Shown piece by piece: positions 1-12,045 of a DNA stretch of 41,488 nucleotides. The notes under the pieces are model-generated. The model searched no databases and was not told where the DNA came from. It saw only the letters and a list, made by a program, of their open reading frames with translations. Each line of letters starts with the position of its first letter. Position 1 is the first letter of the stretch. The position numbers were made by a program, and so were the translations under genes. The stretch is from Nemertoderma westbladi. Lineage: Eukaryota > Animalia > Xenacoelomorpha. The stretch spans positions 1 to 41,488 of the forward strand of contig JAUCBJ010003246.1 in NCBI GenBank assembly GCA_032718475.1, in the 5' to 3' direction.

Positions 1-658
1 ACTGGTGTTTTCGCCGCCCCATATGCAACAACCAAAAGAGAGAGAGAAACCAGCCTTTGCCTTTGCGTTGGGATAACAAGGATAAGACGAAAAGTTATGC
101 CATCTACCGGCAATTCAAGCTACTGAAACTCTAATGCGGACTGGCACATCATCGCATATGGAATGCCTAATTATAATTTGTGATTAGAATAGAGTTTCCT
201 AAATGCCTTGGCTGCAATGAGAGGCTTGTGGTGGGATTATCAGCATAGTAAATAGGAAGCCATGCGCTCAACAAAGAAAACCACTACCTTTATAGGCAAT
301 TTGATTTTGAGTTTCCTATCATTTCCTTCACATAATATATATTTTCTGGATTTAATTAATATTCCAGTATCTTTTCTCGGTAACCATTATAGGTAAAATT
401 ACCCTGTTTTTTATATGAGAGCTGCTCACTACATATTTTTAGATTTTATTTCCGGCTACTGTTTATATTATTGGAAAGATTTTCCGGATATTCTACAAAA
501 TGGGTGACGTTCCTCTAGGCTACATCAGTAGAAGCGAGGTATTTTCTGCAGCTCACCGCTTACACAGCAAGAGTTTATACTTGGATGTCCCAGGTTCGAT
601 CCCGTAACGAGTAAGTTTTATTTTAGTAACTGGCCGTATAAATGGCAACCAGGTTCTG

Positions 659-3600
659 CTGGGAGAGAAAGAAAACGCCTGTAGAGTTACAGAGTGCTGA
701 ATTATAGCCGAACTATATATAGGGTGCATTGGGAGAGAAAGAAAAAGCCTGAGTACAGAGTGCTGAATTATAGCCGAACTATATATAGGGTGCATTGGGA
801 GAGAAAGAAAAAGCCTGAGTACAGAGTGCTGAATTATAGCCGAACTATATATAGGGTGCATTGGGAGAGAAAGAAAAAGCCTGAGTACAGAGTGCTGAAT
901 TATAGCCGAACTATATATAGGGTGCATTGGGAGAGAAAGAAAAAGCCTGAGTACAGAGTGCTGAATTATAGCCGAACTATATATAGGGTGCATTGGGAGA
1001 GAAAGAAAAAGCCTGAGTACAGAGTGCTGAATTATAGCCGAACTATATATAGGGTGCATTGGGAGAGAAAGAAAAAGCCTGAGTACAGAGTGCTGAATTA
1101 TAGCCGAACTATATATAGGGTGCATTGGGAGAGAAAGAAAAAGCCTGAGTACAGAGTGCTGAATTATAGCCGAACTATATATAGGGTGCATTGGGAGAGA
1201 AAGAAAAAGCCTGAGTACAGAGTGCTGAATTATAGCCGAACTATATATAGGGTGCATTGGGAGAGAAAGAAAAAGCCTGAGTACAGAGTGCTGAATTATA
1301 GCCGAACTATATATAGGGTGCATTGGGAGAGAAAGAAAAAGCCTGAGTACAGAGTGCTGAATTATAGCCGAACTATATATAGGGTGCATTGGGAGAGAAA
1401 GAAAAAGCCTGAGTACAGAGTGCTGAATTATAGCCGAACTATATATAGGGTGCATTGGGAGAGAAAGAAAAAGCCTGAGTACAGAGTGCTGAATTATAGC
1501 CGAACTATATATAGGGTGCATTGGGAGAGAAAGAAAAAGCCTGAGTACAGAGTGCTGAATTATAGCCGAACTATATATAGGGTGCATTGGGAGAGAAAGA
1601 AAAAGCCTGAGTACAGAGTGCTGAATTATAGCCGAACTATATATAGGGTGCATTGGGAGAGAAAGAAAAAGCCTGAGTACAGAGTGCTGAATTATAGCCG
1701 AACTATATATAGGGTGCATTGGGAGAGAAAGAAAAAGCCTGAGTACAGAGTGCTGAATTATAGCCGAACTATATATAGGGTGCATTGGGAGAGAAAGAAA
1801 AAGCCTGAGTACAGAGTGCTGAATTATAGCCGAACTATATATAGGGTGCATTGGGAGAGAAAGAAAAAGCCTGAGTACAGAGTGCTGAATTATAGCCGAA
1901 CTATATATAGGGTGCATTGGGAGAGAAAGAAAAAGCCTGAGTACAGAGTGCTGAATTATAGCCGAACTATATATAGGGTGCATTGGGAGAGAAAGAAAAA
2001 GCCTGAGTACAGAGTGCTGAATTATAGCCGAACTATATATAGGGTGCATTGGGAGAGAAAGAAAAAGCCTGAGTACAGAGTGCTGAATTATAGCCGAACT
2101 ATATATAGGGTGCATTGGGAGAGAAAGAAAAAGCCTGAGTACAGAGTGCTGAATTATAGCCGAACTATATATAGGGTGCATTGGGAGAGAAAGAAAAAGC
2201 CTGAGTACAGAGTGCTGAATTATAGCCGAACTATATATAGGGTGCATTGGGAGAGAAAGAAAAAGCCTGAGTACAGAGTGCTGAATTATAGCCGAACTAT
2301 ATATAGGGTGCATTGGGAGAGAAAGAAAAAGCCTGAGTACAGAGTGCTGAATTATAGCCGAACTATATATAGGGTGCATTGGGAGAGAAAGAAAAAGCCT
2401 GAGTACAGAGTGCTGAATTATAGCCGAACTATATATAGGGTGCATTGGGAGAGAAAGAAAAAGCCTGAGTACAGAGTGCTGAATTATAGCCGAACTATAT
2501 ATAGGGTGCATTGGGAGAGAAAGAAAAAGCCTGAGTACAGAGTGCTGAATTATAGCCGAACTATATATAGGGTGCATTGGGAGAGAAAGAAAAAGCCTGA
2601 GTACAGAGTGCTGAATTATAGCCGAACTATATATAGGGTGCATTGGGAGAGAAAGAAAAAGCCTGAGTACAGAGTGCTGAATTATAGCCGAACTATATAT
2701 AGGGTGCATTGGGAGAGAAAGAAAAAGCCTGAGTACAGAGTGCTGAATTATAGCCGAACTATATATAGGGTGCATTGGGAGAGAAAGAAAAAGCCTGAGT
2801 ACAGAGTGCTGAATTATAGCCGAACTATATATAGGGTGCATTGGGAGAGAAAGAAAAAGCCTGAGTACAGAGTGCTGAATTATAGCCGAACTATATATAG
2901 GGTGCATTGGGAGAGAAAGAAAAAGCCTGAGTACAGAGTGCTGAATTATAGCCGAACTATATATAGGGTGCATTGGGAGAGAAAGAAAAAGCCTGAGTAC
3001 AGAGTGCTGAATTATAGCCGAACTATATATAGGGTGCATTGGGAGAGAAAGAAAAAGCCTGAGTACAGAGTGCTGAATTATAGCCGAACTATATATAGGG
3101 TGCATTGGGAGAGAAAGAAAAAGCCTGAGTACAGAGTGCTGAATTATAGCCGAACTATATATAGGGTGCATTGGGAGAGAAAGAAAAAGCCTGAGTACAG
3201 AGTGCTGAATTATAGCCGAACTATATATAGGGTGCATTGGGAGAGAAAGAAAAAGCCTGAGTACAGAGTGCTGAATTATAGCCGAACTATATATAGGGTG
3301 CATTGGGAGAGAAAGAAAAAGCCTGAGTACAGAGTGCTGAATTATAGCCGAACTATATATAGGGTGCATTGGGAGAGAAAGAAAAAGCCTGAGTACAGAG
3401 TGCTGAATTATAGCCGAACTATATATAGGGTGCATTGGGAGAGAAAGAAAAAGCCTGAGTACAGAGTGCTGAATTATAGCCGAACTATATATAGGGTGCA
3501 TTGGGAGAGAAAGAAAAAGCCTGAGTACAGAGTGCTGAATTATAGCCGAACTATATATAGGGTGCATTGGGAGAGAAAGAAAAAGCCTGAGTACAGAGTG

Positions 3601-6600
3601 CTGAATTATAGCCGAACTATATATAGGGTGCATTGGGAGAGAAAGAAAAAGCCTGAGTACAGAGTGCTGAATTATAGCCGAACTATATATAGGGTGCATT
3701 GGGAGAGAAAGAAAAAGCCTGAGTACAGAGTGCTGAATTATAGCCGAACTATATATAGGGTGCATTGGGAGAGAAAGAAAAAGCCTGAGTACAGAGTGCT
3801 GAATTATAGCCGAACTATATATAGGGTGCATTGGGAGAGAAAGAAAAAGCCTGAGTACAGAGTGCTGAATTATAGCCGAACTATATATAGGGTGCATTGG
3901 GAGAGAAAGAAAAAGCCTGAGTACAGAGTGCTGAATTATAGCCGAACTATATATAGGGTGCATTGGGAGAGAAAGAAAAAGCCTGAGTACAGAGTGCTGA
4001 ATTATAGCCGAACTATATATAGGGTGCATTGGGAGAGAAAGAAAAAGCCTGAGTACAGAGTGCTGAATTATAGCCGAACTATATATAGGGTGCATTGGGA
4101 GAGAAAGAAAAAGCCTGAGTACAGAGTGCTGAATTATAGCCGAACTATATATAGGGTGCATTGGGAGAGAAAGAAAAAGCCTGAGTACAGAGTGCTGAAT
4201 TATAGCCGAACTATATATAGGGTGCATTGGGAGAGAAAGAAAAAGCCTGAGTACAGAGTGCTGAATTATAGCCGAACTATATATAGGGTGCATTGGGAGA
4301 GAAAGAAAAAGCCTGAGTACAGAGTGCTGAATTATAGCCGAACTATATATAGGGTGCATTGGGAGAGAAAGAAAAAGCCTTGAGTACAGAGTGCTGAATT
4401 ATAGCCGAACTATATATAGGGTGCATTGGGAGAGAAAGAAAAAGCCTGAGTACAGAGTGCTGAACTATAGCCGAACTATATATAGGGTGCATTGGGAGAG
4501 AAAGAAAAAGCCTGAGTACAGAGTGCTGAATTATAGCCGAACTTATATAGGGTGCATTGGATTGCTAGGTTTATGTACTTGGGGATGCCATAGAATTTGG
4601 GAGAGAAAGAAAAAGCCTGAGTACAGAGTGCTGAATTATAGCCGAGCTATATATAGGGTGCATTGGATTGCTAGGTTTATGTACTTTGGGGATGCCATAG
4701 AATTTGGGAGAGAAAGAAAAAGCCTGAGTACAGAGTGCTGAACTATAGCCGAACTATATATAGGGTGCATTGGGAGAGAAAGAAAAAGCCTGAGTACAGA
4801 GTGCTGAATTATAGCCGATCTATATATAGGGTGCATTGGGAGAGAAAGAAAAAGCCTGTAGAGTTACAGAGTGCTGAATTATAGCCGATCTATATATAGG
4901 GTGCATTGGGAGAGAAAGAAAAAGCCTGAGTACAGAGTGCTGAATTATAGCCGAACTATATATAGGGTGCATTGGGAGAGAAAGAAAAAGCCTGAGTACA
5001 GAGTGCTGAATTATAGCCGAACTATATATCGGGTGCATTGGGAGAGAAAGAAAAAGCCTGAGTACAGAGTGCTGAATTATAGCCGAACTATATATAGGGT
5101 GCATTGGGAGAGAAAGAAAAAGCCTGAGTACAGAGTGCTGAATTATAGCCGAACTATATATAGGGTGCATTGGGAGAGAAAGAAAAAGCCTGAGTACAGA
5201 GTGCTGAATTATAGCCGAACTATATATAGGGTGCATTGGGAGAGAAAGAAAAAGCCTGAGTACAGAGTGCTGAACTATAGCCGAACTATATATAGGGTGC
5301 ATTGGGAGAGAAAGAAAAAGCCTGTAGAGTTACAGAGTGCTGAACTATAGCCGAACTATATATAGGGTGCATTGGGAGAGAAAGAAAAAGCCTGAGTACA
5401 GAGTGCTGAACTATAGCCGAACTATATATAGGGTGCATTGGGAGAGAAAGAAAAAGCCTGAGTACAGAGTGCTGAACTATAGCCGAACTATATATAGGGT
5501 GCATTGGGAGAGAAAGAAAAAGCCTGAGTACAGAGTGCTGAACTATAGCCGAACTTATATAGGGTGCATTGGGAGAGAAAGAAAAAGCCTGAGTACAGAG
5601 TGCTGAATTATAGCCGAACTATATATTGGGTGCATTGGGAGAGAAAGAAAAAGCCTGAGTACAGAGTGCTGAATTATAGCCGAACTATATATAGGGTGCA
5701 TTGGGAGAGAAAGAAAAAGCCTGAGTACAGAGTGCTGAATTATAGCCGAACTATATATAGGGTGCATTGGGAGAGAAAGAAAAAGCCTGAGTACAGAGTG
5801 CTGAATTATAGCCGAACTATATATAGGGTGCATTGGGAGAGAAAGAAAAAGCTTGAGTACAGAGTGCTGAATTATAGCCGAACTATATATAGGGTGCATT
5901 GGGAGAGAAAGAAAAAGCCTGAGTACAGAGTGCTGAACTATAGCCGAACTATATATAGGGTGCATTGGGAGAGAAAGAAAAAGCCTGTAGAGTTACAGAG
6001 TGCTGAATTATAGCCGAACTATATATAGGGTGCATTGGGAGAGAAAGAAAAAGCCTGAGTACAGAGTGCTGAATTATAGCCGAACTATATATAGGGTGCA
6101 TTGGGAGAGAAAGAAAAAGCCTGAGTACAGAGAGCTGAATTATAGCCGAACTTATATAGGGTGCATTGGATTGCTAGGTTTATGTACTTTGGGGATGCCA
6201 TAGAATTTGGGAGAGAAAGAAAAAGCCTGAGTACAGAGTGCTGAATTATAGCCGAACTATATATAGGGTGCATTGGATTGCTAGGTTTATGTACTTTGGG
6301 GATGCCATAGAATTTGGGAGAGAAAGAAAAAGCCTGAGTACAGAGTGCTGAACTATAGCCGAACTATATATAGGGTGCATTGGGAGAGAAAGAAAAAGCC
6401 TGAGTACAGAGTGCTGAATTATAGCCGATCTATATATAGGGTGCATTGGGAGAGAAAGAAAAAGCCTGTAGAGTTACATAGTGCTGAATTATAGCCGATC
6501 TATATATAGGGTGCATTGGGAGAGAAAGAAAAAGCCTGAGTACAGAGTGCTGAACTATAGCCGAACTATATATAGGGTGCATTGGGAGAGAAAGAAAAAG

Positions 6601-7956
6601 CCTGAGTACAGAGTGCTGAATTATAGCCGAACTATATATAGGGTGCATTGGGAGAGAAAGAAAAAGCCTGTAGAGTTACAGAGTGCTGAATTATAGCCGA
6701 TCTATATATAGGGTGCATTGGGAGAGAAAGAAAAAGCCTGAGTACAGAGTGCTGAACTATAGCCGAACTATATATAGGGTGCATTGGGAGAGAAAGAAAA
6801 AGCCTGAGTACAGAGTGCTAAACTATAGCCGAACTTATATAGGGTGCATTGGGAGAGAAAGAAAAAGCCTGAGTACAGAGTGCTGAATTATAGCCGAACT
6901 ATATATAGGGTGCATTGGGAGAGAAAGAAAAAGCCTGAGTACAGAGTGCTGAATTATAGCCGAACTATATATAGGGTGCATTGGGAGAGAAAGAAAAAGC
7001 CTGAGTACAGAGTGCTGAATTATAGCCGAACTATATATAGGGTGCATTGGGAGAGAAAGAAAAAGCCTGAGTACAGAGTGCTGAATTATAGCCGATCTAT
7101 ATATAGGGTGCATTGGGAGAGAAAGAAAAAGCCTGAGTACAGAGTGCTGAACTATAGCCGAAGGCTGAACTATATATAGGGTGCATTGGGAGAGAAAGAA
7201 AAAGCCTGAGTACAGAGTGCTGAATTATAGCCGAACTATATATAGGGTGCATTGGGAGAGAAAGAAAAAGCCTGAGTACAGAGTGCTGAATTATAGCCGA
7301 ACTATATATAGGGTGCATTGGATTGCTAGGTTTATGTACTTTGGGGATGCTATAGAATTTGGGAGAGAAACAAAAAGCCTGAGTACAGAGTGCTGAATTA
7401 TAGCCGATCTATATATAGGGTGCATTGGGAGAGAAAGAAAAAGCCTGAGTACAGAGTGCTGAATTATAGCCGAACTATATATAGGGTGCATTGGGAGAGA
7501 AAGAAAAAGCCTGAGTACAGAGTGCTGAATTATAGCCGAACTATATATAGGGTGCATTGGGAGTGAAAGAAAAAGCCTGAGTACAGAGTGCTGAATTATA
7601 GCCGAACTATATATAGGGTGCATTGGATTGCTAGGTTTATGTACTTTGGGGATGCTATAGAATTTGGGAGAGAAAGAAAAAGCCTGAGTACAGAGTGCTG
7701 AATTATAGCCGAGCTATATATAGGGTGTATTGGATTGCTAGGTTTATGTACTTTGGGGATGCCATAGAATTTGGGAGAGAAAGAAAACGCCTGTAGAGTT
7801 ACAGAGTGCTGAACTATAGCCGAACTATATATAGGGTGCATTGGGAGAGAAAGAAAAAGCCTGAGTACAGAGTGCTGAATTCTAGCCGAACTATATATAG
7901 GGTGCATTGGATTGCTAGGTTTATGTACTTTGGGGATGCCATAGAATTTGGGAGAG
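659..7956. repeat. 66-bp tandem satellite (about 105 units) with +41-bp and +4-bp variant units
   Basis: Unit GAGTACAGAGTGCTGAATTATAGCCGAACTATATATAGGGTGCATTGGGAGAGAAAGAAAAAGCCT; apparently identical from about 690 to 4380, variant-rich afterwards. Confidence 0.99.
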
Positions 7957-8653
7957 CCAGGAAGACCAAAATTATGACAGTAAACCTGGACAGCCCTCAG
8001 GAAATGTCTGATCGTAAGGGCATAAGCTCCTTGAGCACGTGGATGACTTCTACTACTTGTACTTGGGATCATGGATCCGAAAGTAAGGATAGGTAAGGCG
8101 AGGTCATGGGCAGAATTGCATAGCCTGTACAGGATTTGGAAGTCCCATAGAATTAATCGGAAACTTAAGTTACGATTATTTATGGCAGTTAGAACCGGTA
8201 CTCGTATATGGAAGTCCATCTGGTCTCTAACTGCTGAGGATACCAAATCTCTGGATGACACTTTCACAAGAATGCTACGCCGTGTTCATTGTATCAAGTA
8301 CAATGCACACATCTCCAACCAGACACTATATAACATTGGAGGTGTCTCATTGGTTCCCCCAAGCTTGACACTAGAACAAATCCGCCTCCGCTTTGCAGGA
8401 CATTGCTTTCGCCGTGAGGACCAGCCAGTGCATAATCTTGTGCTTTGGCGTGGACAGACCATGACTTTCTTGAGACGCATCTTAAAGGACACTGGCGTTG
8501 AAGATGCTGATGATCTAGGAAATGTTATGGGTGATGGGGAGTTGTGGCGGCGCAATTTTGTCGACTAGCCGGCACAGCATTCTTAATATATATGTAATAT
8601 AAATATATATGATGCAGCTGCAATGCAGCATGCCAATCGTAGTAGTAGTAGTA
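7957..8653 (+). mobile_element. 5'-truncated, decayed RTE-clade LINE
   Basis: KTKIM, VRIGKA..W, IWKS..INRKLKLRLF, IRLRFAGHCFR; (TAG)n tail at about 8640-8654; possible eroded TSD GGGAGAGCCAGG / GGAAGAGTCCTGG. Confidence 0.88.
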
Positions 8654-9251
8654 GGAAGAGTCCTGGGTATAATTATTGTGTGAATGAGATAAATTATAGA
8701 AACCAGTAGGGATTGTGGTAGAATTTTCTTCAGTTCTGTCTTGATTCGAGACGAATGTTGGGTTCCGGGTTTCTCTGTCTTTATTTGCTTCTGTATTGGC
8801 GAGGTTGTCGATCTGGATATTGTTATCGGTCGAATAATATGGCGATCTTTTAGCCTTTGTCGGCCCTTTTCTTATGACGATAATACTATCTTTTTTGAGT
8901 TCTTATAATACTTACTAAACTTTCCGCTTTGGTGAAGTTGGGTGGTGGAACACGGTTAGACGATGTGTTCGTCTGATATATACCTATAAAACGTTGATGT
9001 AGATTTACTAGATCTTGTTCTAATTTTCCAGTAGCCTCGGGATCTTTGTCTTGGATTTTATCGGAAAAGAGGATGCGACGCAATTGTGGTTTATTGATTA
9101 GGTAGGTAATCGATAATGTTGTACTCCTGTTTATTGGATCCTTGTTAGCGTTGTTGTTGTGGTTTCTTCGTTGTGAAACACTTGCACCATTTTTAATCAA
9201 AATAGTGGTGGTTTATGTTCTACGTATGTGATTAAACAATGATAATAAAAA

Positions 9252-9359
9252 TGGAGTGATGGTAACACCTCAAGAACGTCCGACTGGAGTGATGGTAACA
9301 CCCTACTGAAGAACGTCCGACTGGAGTGATGGTAACACCCTACTGAAGAACGTCCGACT
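9252..9359. repeat. 37-bp tandem repeat, about 3 copies
   Basis: GGAGTGATGGTAACACCCTACTGAAGAACGTCCGACT at 9286 and 9323, with a shorter first copy at 9253. Confidence 0.9.
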
Positions 9360-10719
9360 AGCTTTCCAGACGACGACGAAATCCATCTAATCACCTACTG
9401 AGTTAGTCTAATCTCGAAAGGTTTCTCAGTTTTTATGTATAACGTCATCCCATTGTCTGTTTGTCTTTTCAGCTGTTGGTCATATTTTGATGGCCTGACA
9501 GACAGCAATTTAGAAAGACATGACCCTGTAAACAGTGCCGGATTAAGCTTCTGGTGGCCCTAAGGCACATTTTAGTAATTTCCAAAAATGGCCCAAAAAT
9601 TGATATTTTTCAGCAAACGCTTTCAAAAGAAAAAGCTGCTAAAAACAACTGAAATTGTGAAAATGTTGCGAAGGAAATATAAAGTATTTTCGTTGGATGA
9701 CTGTGTGTAAATAAGTACTAAGTACTGTACTATTTTTTGATAGACAAAGTGTAGCAGTTACAAAATCGGTTCTAGAAGATCCAAATGGCCATGTTTTACA
9801 AACCAATATTCACGATTGTAGCCCTAAAGATGCTAAACATTTTGGTATATGTTTAATGGAAATTGAGTAAAAAATAAAAAAGTAGTAGGGAGTTTAGTGA
9901 TGAAAAGAGTCAAAATCGACAAACTGATAAAAAGGTTGTTTTATACAGAGAGTCATAAATATAAGCAATATATTATGTTGTTGAAAAGAGCAGTTTTGAA
10001 ATCAAAAAATAATTCAATGTTGAAAACCGATATCACCTTTTATGAAAGCACCTATCAAACCACAAAAAAATGTGTAAATTTTCGAAAATTTCATTTCTGT
10101 AGGGGCTATAGTGAGCCCCCTTAAAGCTGACTGGTCCCTGTAGGTATTTAGCAATTTTGATCGGATCTTGGAAATGTGTTATTTATTTGCTGTAGGGTAG
10201 GTTTCGCAGGGTCTTTACTGGACTTGCTGAGAAATATCCTGTAAAACACCAAAAGTGTGGGGCTTAGTGCAAAGATATAATATTTCTGATATATATTTGG
10301 ACATGCTGAGAAGGTAATGTTCTTCTCGGAAATAAGTCTCGGAAATAAGTACTTTTTGTCACTAATTTTAATTTACCCAAATTCAATTATGCTGTCCGAG
10401 AGTTTTAGGTTTTGCAGGAATTGCACCTAAAATGCCATCGAATGCAAAATTCAATACACGAGGGCAGAACATCTGAATTTCGGTTAAATTAAATTACAGT
10501 AATGATAAGAAGTTATTTCTAACACGTTTTTTTTTATCAACAACTATTTTATCTACAACAAATTTATCCTTTTTTATTATCTATTAGGGCCTATATTATT
10601 ACACGAAGTGGGGCCTTCGCGCAGCACGTGACTTAAATTTAATTTAAGTACTAATTCGAAAGTATTACTGTATTAGCAAATTTTAAGCAGATTTCGCCTA
10701 ATCACTTTTTACCTCTTTC

Positions 10720-11805
10720 ATTTCTATTCAGACATTTCTGACTCTAGCGGTATAGTGAGAACTGAAGATGGATTAGGGTCTCCAGCCCCACAAAGACACA
10801 GCCTATGGATGAATAGTACATACGTACATCGGCCAAGTTTCATCTTGAATAACGGATAACGAAATGAGAGACGGATCTCACTTTCAGAAATTTCGTCGTA
10901 TAGCGGCAGACCGATTAAATCTCCCCCCCCCCCCCCCCCCCACAAAGACGCAGCATGTGGTCCAGAATATATGGCAAGATTCAGCTTAAACTGATTAAAA
11001 TCAATGAGACGGGAGAATCTATTCACTTTCAGGCATAAAGTAGTCCTATAGCGGGTGACTGTTGAACTGATTTTCAACAAAACAAATTTTCAACTTGGCA
11101 GCTTTAAATTCGACAAAGTTATAAGCATGTCAATATCATAACGACGACAACCATTTCACTTTCAGACATTTGGCCCTCTAGCGGCAGACTGGAGAACTGC
11201 AGATGGATTCGCCTCCTTTGAAAGTCACAGCTAATGGTCTAATACATATCTGCCAAGTTTCAGCTTAAACGGATTAAAAGCAAAGAAATGGGAGGGCATT
11301 TAATGTTTAGACATGTGGCCCTCTAGCGGGAGACCATTGCACTGATGGTGTCTGAAAGTCTCTCAAAAATCTCAACTTTAGCTCATATTGATACCTAGAA
11401 ATTTTCAACTTGGCAGCTTTAAATCCGACAAAGTTATTAGCATGTCAAAATCGTAACGACGACAACGATTTCACTTTCAGACCTTTGGCCCTCTAGCGGC
11501 AGACTGGAGAACTGCAGATGGATTCGCCTCCTTTGAAAGTCACAGCTAATGGTCTAATACATATCTGCCAAGTTTCAGCTTAAACGGATTAAAAGCAAAG
11601 AAATGGGAGGGCATTTAATGTTTAGACATGTGGCCCTCTAGCGGGAGACCATTGCACTGATGGTGTCTGAAAGTCTCTCAAAAATCTCAACTTTTGCTCA
11701 TATTGATACCTACAAATTTTCAACTTGGCAGCTTTAAATCCGACAAAGTTATTAGCATGTCAAAATCGTAACGACGACGACGACGACAACGACGACGACG
11801 ACGAC

Positions 11806-11864
<59 letters not shown>

Positions 11865-12045
11865 CGACAACGACGACGACGACGACGACGACAACTATTT
11901 GCATAAATTGACCCACCCCCTAACAGTGTCAATTCGCTAAGGCTCCGCCAACTTCGTGGCTCGCCCCACTATTTGCATAAATTGACCCACCCCCTAACAG
12001 TGTCAATTCGCTAAGGCTCCGCCAACTTCGTGGCTCGCCCCACAA
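10720..12045 (-). mobile_element. HINE-like (Helentron-associated) element with 315-bp internal tandem repeats and (GAC)n microsatellite
   Basis: 315-bp period (CAACTTGGCAGC at 11091, 11406, 11721); (GAC)n at 11770-11893; minus-strand end TTGTGGGGCGAGC..GAAG resembles the element at about 32086; left boundary uncertain. Confidence 0.55.
11895..12042. repeat. Exact 74-bp tandem duplication
   Basis: CTATTTGCATAAATTGACC...GGCTCGCCCCA at 11895 and 11969. Confidence 0.95.

Larger units (their letters stand above)
630..9200 (-). mobile_element. Decayed Penelope-like element RT region, interrupted by an RTE and hosting the satellite
   Basis: Colinear minus-strand motifs: PPPNFTKAE, DSIIVIRK-ADKG (ADKG 8853-8864), RIKTELKKIL (8719-8748), LYPG (8661-8672), then PKFYGIPKVHKPSNPMHPI in the long satellite units. 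These match the PLE pattern ADKG...LYP...PxFYGLPKIHK..P.RPI. Frameshifts are present. Confidence 0.75.

Noticed and set aside
553-4383. 1268-aa and 1229-aa ORFs on both strands
   Set aside because: Artifacts of a 66-bp (22-codon) tandem unit lacking stops in those frames; no synonymous variation or gene context
659-7956. CRISPR-like array, with long variants as spacers
   Set aside because: The inserts are all the same 41 bp, there are no unique spacers or cas genes, and the context is eukaryotic
11720-11940. Poly-Arg (protamine-like) and poly-Asp ORFs
   Set aside because: Translations of a (GAC)n microsatellite inside a repeat element
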